Shown piece after piece: positions 59,427-64,000 of a DNA stretch of 64,000 nt. Origin of the DNA: Actinomycetota bacterium (lineage in GTDB: Bacteria > Actinomycetota > Thermoleophilia > BMS3ABIN01); the NCBI GenBank assembly GCA_023489275.1, contig JAMDDD010000004.1:27802-91801 (forward strand). The letters run 5' to 3'. Each line of letters starts with the position of its first letter. The stretch's first letter is position 1. The translations under genes were made by a program, and so were the position numbers. The notes below the pieces were generated by a model. That model ran no database searches. It was given only the letters and a program-made list of their open reading frames with translations, and was not told the DNA's origin.

Positions 59427-60752
59427 TTGGCCGGCGGCAGACACGGCAATCTCACCATCTCCACATTTCCCCGGGCGGTGATCCATATCGACGCCGACGC
59501 CTTCTTTGCCGCCTGCGAGCAGGCGCGCGACCCGCGGCTGAGAGGACGGCCGGTGATTACCGGCAAGGAACGCAACATCGTCGCCTCGATGAGCTATGAG
59601 GCCAAGGCCCGCGGGGTCGTGCGGGCCATGCGCCTCTCAGAGGTGAAAAAGCTCTGCCCGGACGCGGTCTTCCTGCCGTCCGACTACGAGACATATAGCC
59701 TCTTGTCAAAAAGGTTCTTCGCCATTGTCAGGCGCTACACGCCGGATGTCGAGGAGTACGGCATCGACGAGTGTTTTGCCGACATCACCGGCATGCGCCG
59801 GCCACTCAAGATGGGCTACCCGCGCATCGCCGCGGCAATGAAAGAAGAGCTGGACCGCTCCTTCGGCCTTACCTTTTCCTGCGGCCTGGCGCCGAACAAG
59901 ACGATCGCCAAGATCGCTTCGAAGTGGAAGAAACCGTCGGGACTGACAGTCATCCCCGGCCGCGACATCCAGGGCTTCATCGCCGATATGCCGGTGGAGA
60001 AGGTATGGGGCATCGGCCCGCAGACGACCGCGTACCTCAACAAGCTGGGCATCCGCACGGCGCTTCAATTCGCCCGCAAGGATGAGGACTGGGTGAAGGC
60101 GCGCTTCAGCAAGCCGTTCTACGAGACGTGGCAGGAGCTCAACGGCCGCATGGTCTGCGAGCTGGAGCTGGCGGAAAAGAACACCTACGCCTCGATTCAA
60201 AAAGTGAAGACCTTCACGCCGCCGTCGAGCGATCCGGAGTTCGTCTTCGCGCAGCTCTCCAAAAACGTGGAGAACGCCACCATGAAAGCGCGGCGCTACA
60301 AGTTGGCGGCCGAGCGCGCCATCCTGTTTTTAAAGACGCAGGATTTCCGCGGCGCCGGCGTCGAGGTCAGGTTCTCGCGCGCCACGCCCTTCCCCCACGA
60401 GATCATCGCGGCGATGGAGACGGCCTTCAAACAGCTGTTTAACCCCAAAGAGCTCTACCGTTCCACCGGCGTGGTGCTGTTCAGGCTCACTGAGGACCGC
60501 ATCGTCCAGCCCGACCTGTTCGGCGTCACCGCCCGCTACGAGCGGCTGAGCAAGGTTTACGAGGCGGTGGACGGCGTCCGGGTCAAGTACGGCAAGCATA
60601 CGCTGTTCCTCGGCTCCAGCTATTACGCCCACAAGTTCGGCCAGCACCTGGGCGAGCGCGGCGACGCCCCCCGGCGCAAGGAGGAGCTGTTCAAGGGCGA
60701 GACGAAACGGCAGCGGCTGGGAATACCAATGTTCATGGGTGAGGTAAAATAG
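59427..60752 (+). CDS. Y-family DNA polymerase (DinB/UmuC-like)
   Basis: HIDADAFFAACEQARDP, SIDE-like DECFADITG, and palm/finger/little-finger architecture; immediately downstream of lexA. Confidence 0.85.
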   Translation: MAGGRHGNLTISTFPRAVIHIDADAFFAACEQARDPRLRGRPVITGKERNIVASMSYEAKARGVVRAMRLSEVKKLCPDAVFLPSDYETYSLLSKRFFAIVRRYTPDVEEYGIDECFADITGMRRPLKMGYPRIAAAMKEELDRSFGLTFSCGLAPNKTIAKIASKWKKPSGLTVIPGRDIQGFIADMPVEKVWGIGPQTTAYLNKLGIRTALQFARKDEDWVKARFSKPFYETWQELNGRMVCELELAEKNTYASIQKVKTFTPPSSDPEFVFAQLSKNVENATMKARRYKLAAERAILFLKTQDFRGAGVEVRFSRATPFPHEIIAAMETAFKQLFNPKELYRSTGVVLFRLTEDRIVQPDLFGVTARYERLSKVYEAVDGVRVKYGKHTLFLGSSYYAHKFGQHLGERGDAPRRKEELFKGETKRQRLGIPMFMGEVK

Positions 60753-60795
60753 GCTGAGGGTTTGATGAAATCTTGCCGGACGGCTTCAAGCAGCG

Positions 60796-63700
60796 TCAAG
60801 CCCGGCTCAGCTCGACCAGGCTCAGCCCTTTGTTGCTCCAGGCGGCGGCGTCTTTCGAGTTCAGCTCAAGCGCCCGGTCAAAACATTTAATGGCGTCGCG
60901 GAAGCGTCCCAAAGCATGCAAGCTGATCCCTTTGCTGTTCCAGACCTGGTCATTAGCATCATCAATATCAAGTGATTTATCAAAACTTTGCACCGCTTCC
61001 TTGAACATTTCCATGCCGTGCAGGCTCAAACCCCTGCTGTACCAGGCGCGCGGGTCGCGTGCTTCGATTTGCAGCGATTTATCAAAGCACTCCACGGCCT
61101 TTGACTGGCTGCCCAGAACCCGCAAGCTTTCGCCCTTGCTAAACAGCGCCACGGCACTGCCCGGATCCAATTTAAGCGTTTTATCAAAACAGCTTATTGC
61201 TTCCCGGTAGCGGCCCAGCTTGTGCAGGCAATCCCCTTGAGCCAGCCAGGCATCCGCTTCCATCGGTTCGATGGCCAGGGCTTTTCCGTAAGAGTCCGCC
61301 GCCGGCTGAAATCTTTCCAGCCCCCTCAGGCTCTCGCCCTTGCCGAACCAGGCGGCGGCGTTCTCCGGGTCCAGCTTCAGCGCCCGGTCATAGGCGCGCA
61401 GCGCAGCCTCCAGCCGTCTTAGCCCCCTCAGGCTCTCGGCTTTGCCCAGCCAGGCGGCCGATTCCGGATTCAGCTTCAGCGCCCGGTCATAGGCGCGCAG
61501 CGCCACATCCAGACGGCCAGCTTCCCGGAGGCTCTCGCCCTTGCCCAGCCAGGCGGCGGCGTGGCCGGGATCAAGCCGCAGCGCTTTGTCAAAGGCGCGA
61601 ACCGCTTCCGGCTGGCCCAGCTTCAGCAGGCTCTCGCCTTTGCCGAACCAGGCGGCGGCGTTATCAGGGGCAAGCGAAGCCGCCCGGTTGTAACTCTGGA
61701 CGGCAGCCTCAAAGTGCTCGAGCAAACGCTGGCTTTCGGCCTTTCCCAGCCAGGCGGCGGCATCTTTTTCGTTGATCGTGAGCGCCCTGTCATAACAGGC
61801 AATCGCTTCATCGAGCCTTTCCAGACTCCTGAGGCTATCCCCCCGGGAACGCCAGGCCGGAGCCAGACCGCGGTCAAGTTCCAGGGCTCTGCCAAAGAAA
61901 TCAATTGACTCGCCGGGCTTTCCCATCGCGCGGAGGCTCTCACCCTTGCCATAATATGCTTCCGCCCGTCTTGGCGCGATATCCAGAACTTTTTCATAGG
62001 CAGCAACGGCATCGTCAAACCGTCCCAGGTGCAGCAGGCTGTCTGCCTTGCCAAACCACGCTTCTTCATTTTCCGGATCGATCTGAAGCGCCGAATCGAA
62101 ACTTGCCGCCGACTTTTCAAAAACGCCCTGCCGCAGCAGGCTGTTTCCCAGGCCCAGCCTGACTCCGGAGGTCTCCAGCCCCAGTTTAAGAGCCTTTTCA
62201 TAAGCGTTAAGAGCCTTCCGGTCTTCGCCCAGTTGCAAGAGATTTTCTCCCTTGCCGAACCAGGCGGCGGCGTTTTCGGGGTCCAGCTTCAGCGCCCGGT
62301 CATAGGCGCGGCTGGATGCATCCCAGCGCTTTAACTGCCGCAGGCTCTCGGCTTTGCCGAACCAGGCGGCGGACTGGCCCGGATCCAGTCTCAGCGCCCG
62401 CTCGTAAGAACGCACTGACTGCTCCGGGCGGCCGGTTCCCCGCTCACTCTCAGCCTTCCCGAACCAGGCACGCGCCCGGCCGGAATCCAGTTTGAGCGAC
62501 TCGCCATACGCGGCCAGCGCCTCTTCGAAACGGCGGAGGGCAAGCAGGCATTCGCCTTTGCCGAACCAGGCGGCGGACTGCCTGGGGCCCAGCTTCAGCG
62601 ACTCGCTGTAAACCGGCAGCGCCTCTTCGAAACGGCGGAGGGCAAGCAGGCATTCGCCTTTGCCGAACCAGGCGGCGGACTGCCTGGGGTCCAGCTTCAG
62701 CGACTCGCTGTAAACCGGCAGCGCCTCTTCAAAACGGTCAAGCCCACGCAGGCATTCCGCCTCGCCGCGCCGGGCAGCAGCGTTTTTTGGCTCAACTTTT
62801 ATGAGGCTGGCGTAAGCCCCGGCGGCGGCTGTCAGTTGCCCTAGTGAATGAAGGGCCTCTGCCTTCCCCTGGAGCGCCGCGGTGTTTTTGGCGTCAAGCT
62901 CAAGCACCCGGTCGTAGCTGTCTACCGCCTTTTGAAAAACGGAGCTGGACCTTAAACTGTCGCCCCGGCCCTGCCATGCCTGAGCATTGCCCGGCTCCAG
63001 CTCGATCGCTTTATCATACGCAGCCGCCGCTTTCTTGAAATCTCCCAGCTGGCGAAGGCTTTCGGCGCGGCCGAAGTGGGCGGCGGCTTTGCCGGCTTCC
63101 AGCCGGAGCCCCTTGTCATAACCGGCAACCGCTTTTTTAAAATCTCCCAGCTGGCGGAGGCTTTCGGCGCGGCCGAAGTGGGCGGCGGCTCTCCCCGGCT
63201 CCAGCCGGATCGTCCGGTCATAACTTGCCAGAGATTTTTTCAAGCTGCCGCAAAACCGCAGGCTCTCGGCGAGGCCGAAATGAGCGGCAGCATTACCGGG
63301 GTCGAGTTTGATCGCCTTCTCGTAGCTTCCCGTTGCCGTTTTGTAACCGCCTGTCAGACGGAGACATTCACCGTTGCCAAAATGAGCCGCCGCATTTTGC
63401 GGATCCAGGGCCAGCGCGCGTGAATACGCCATACCCGCTTTCTTCCATTCGCCGCCGGCCCGCAGGCACTCGGCTCTGCCAAACCAGGCGGAGGCGACGC
63501 CGTCATCAAGCTTGAGCGCCTTTTCATACGCGCGCGCCGCGTCGTCCAGCCGCCCGAGGTCACGGAGGCTATCCGCCTTCCCCAGCAATGCCTCCGGGTT
63601 CCGAGCATCCTGCTTCAGGACGCGGTCAAACGATTCGGCGGCATCGGCGTGCCTGCCCAGAGAGCGCAGGTTCTGCCCCCGTTTCAGCCAGAAAACTGAC

Positions 63701-64000
63701 TCTTTGGGCGCCGCCTGCGTGGCTCTGTCAAGACTGGCGGCGGCTTCCTCGTAACGCCCCAGGCCATGCAGGCTGTCACCGCGGCTGAACCAGCAAGATG
63801 CGTCCGATCCGTCCAGCTCGATCGCCTTGTCAAAGCTGGCAACCGCGTTTTCCAGGCGCCCCCATAAACGCAGGCTCTCACCGCGGCTGAACCAGCAAGA
63901 TGCGTCCGATCCGTCCAGTTCGATCGCCTTGTCAAAGCTGGCCACGGCTTTACCGTACTGCTTGAGGTCATGCAGGTTTGTTCCTTTGGCAAACCAGGCT
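60796..64000 (-). CDS. giant tetratricopeptide-repeat (TPR) protein, N-terminus beyond the window
   Basis: >1050 aa of back-to-back 34-aa TPR units (AWFGKGESL..G.....A...Y..AL.LDP); the reading frame stays open to position 64000; contains near-identical 102-bp DNA tandem repeats. Confidence 0.85.
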   Translation of the reverse strand, partial: AWFAKGTNLHDLKQYGKAVASFDKAIELDGSDASCWFSRGESLRLWGRLENAVASFDKAIELDGSDASCWFSRGDSLHGLGRYEEAAASLDRATQAAPKESVFWLKRGQNLRSLGRHADAAESFDRVLKQDARNPEALLGKADSLRDLGRLDDAARAYEKALKLDDGVASAWFGRAECLRAGGEWKKAGMAYSRALALDPQNAAAHFGNGECLRLTGGYKTATGSYEKAIKLDPGNAAAHFGLAESLRFCGSLKKSLASYDRTIRLEPGRAAAHFGRAESLRQLGDFKKAVAGYDKGLRLEAGKAAAHFGRAESLRQLGDFKKAAAAYDKAIELEPGNAQAWQGRGDSLRSSSVFQKAVDSYDRVLELDAKNTAALQGKAEALHSLGQLTAAAGAYASLIKVEPKNAAARRGEAECLRGLDRFEEALPVYSESLKLDPRQSAAWFGKGECLLALRRFEEALPVYSESLKLGPRQSAAWFGKGECLLALRRFEEALAAYGESLKLDSGRARAWFGKAESERGTGRPEQSVRSYERALRLDPGQSAAWFGKAESLRQLKRWDASSRAYDRALKLDPENAAAWFGKGENLLQLGEDRKALNAYEKALKLGLETSGVRLGLGNSLLRQGVFEKSAASFDSALQIDPENEEAWFGKADSLLHLGRFDDAVAAYEKVLDIAPRRAEAYYGKGESLRAMGKPGESIDFFGRALELDRGLAPAWRSRGDSLRSLERLDEAIACYDRALTINEKDAAAWLGKAESQRLLEHFEAAVQSYNRAASLAPDNAAAWFGKGESLLKLGQPEAVRAFDKALRLDPGHAAAWLGKGESLREAGRLDVALRAYDRALKLNPESAAWLGKAESLRGLRRLEAALRAYDRALKLDPENAAAWFGKGESLRGLERFQPAADSYGKALAIEPMEADAWLAQGDCLHKLGRYREAISCFDKTLKLDPGSAVALFSKGESLRVLGSQSKAVECFDKSLQIEARDPRAWYSRGLSLHGMEMFKEAVQSFDKSLDIDDANDQVWNSKGISLHALGRFRDAIKCFDRALELNSKDAAAWSNKGLSLVELSRA

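Noticed and set aside
58620-59430. Canonical Cheo-type LexA box (CGAACnnnnGTTCG)
   Set aside because: Only half-site-like fragments (GTACGTTCG; AGAAC...GTT) are present, with wrong spacing, so no operator is called
60796-64000. Highly regular repeats (possible CRISPR array?)
   Set aside because: The repeats are 102 bp, directly abutting without spacers, and lie inside an open reading frame encoding TPR units; not a CRISPR

Overview
High-GC (~60-65%) bacterial chromosomal segment, gene-dense, most genes on the minus strand. The housekeeping backbone has Gram-positive-type synteny (Firmicutes/Chloroflexi-like). In order: UbiB-like kinase; secF-secD-yajC-tgt-[secreted caspase-like peptidase inserted on the opposite strand]-queA-queH (queuosine genes fused to the Sec operon); a DUF3048 lipoprotein-like protein; an MMPL transporter; yebC-ruvC-ruvA-ruvB; pdxS-pdxT; an IMPDH-family protein; an RpiR regulator; nfo; lepB; then an accessory cluster (23.7-34.0 kb); then rsfS-LCP-nadD, proB-proA, murA, a complete F1Fo ATP synthase operon with atpZ/atpI and a wecA-like GT4, dCMP deaminase, two large secreted repeat proteins (50.2-55.0 kb), glyA-rpiB-LMW-PTP-ywlC, a frameshifted YciI-like gene, lexA plus a Y-family polymerase, and a giant TPR protein that runs off the window end. 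The main novelty candidate is the 23.7-34 kb cluster: two B12-binding radical SAM enzymes, a radical SAM/SPASM enzyme, a polyprenyl-phosphate-type GT2 plus a GT-C (ArnT/PMT-like) membrane glycosyltransferase, an ASKHA (RamA/RACo-like) ATPase with no Fe-S domain, a corrinoid protein and an MtaA/UroD-family methyltransferase. A small Cys/Trp-rich ORF sits immediately upstream of the first B12-rSAM and could be a RiPP precursor. Other features: a family of intergenic hairpins built from short 'word' repeats in almost every intergenic gap; a recurrent GGTTTTTGGTT..ATCC element upstream of plus-strand genes; conserved genes whose N-termini lack canonical starts (probable CTG starts for proB and rsfS); and a gene-poor ~800 bp stretch with decayed coding remnants. 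No rRNA, tRNA or CRISPR array was found.
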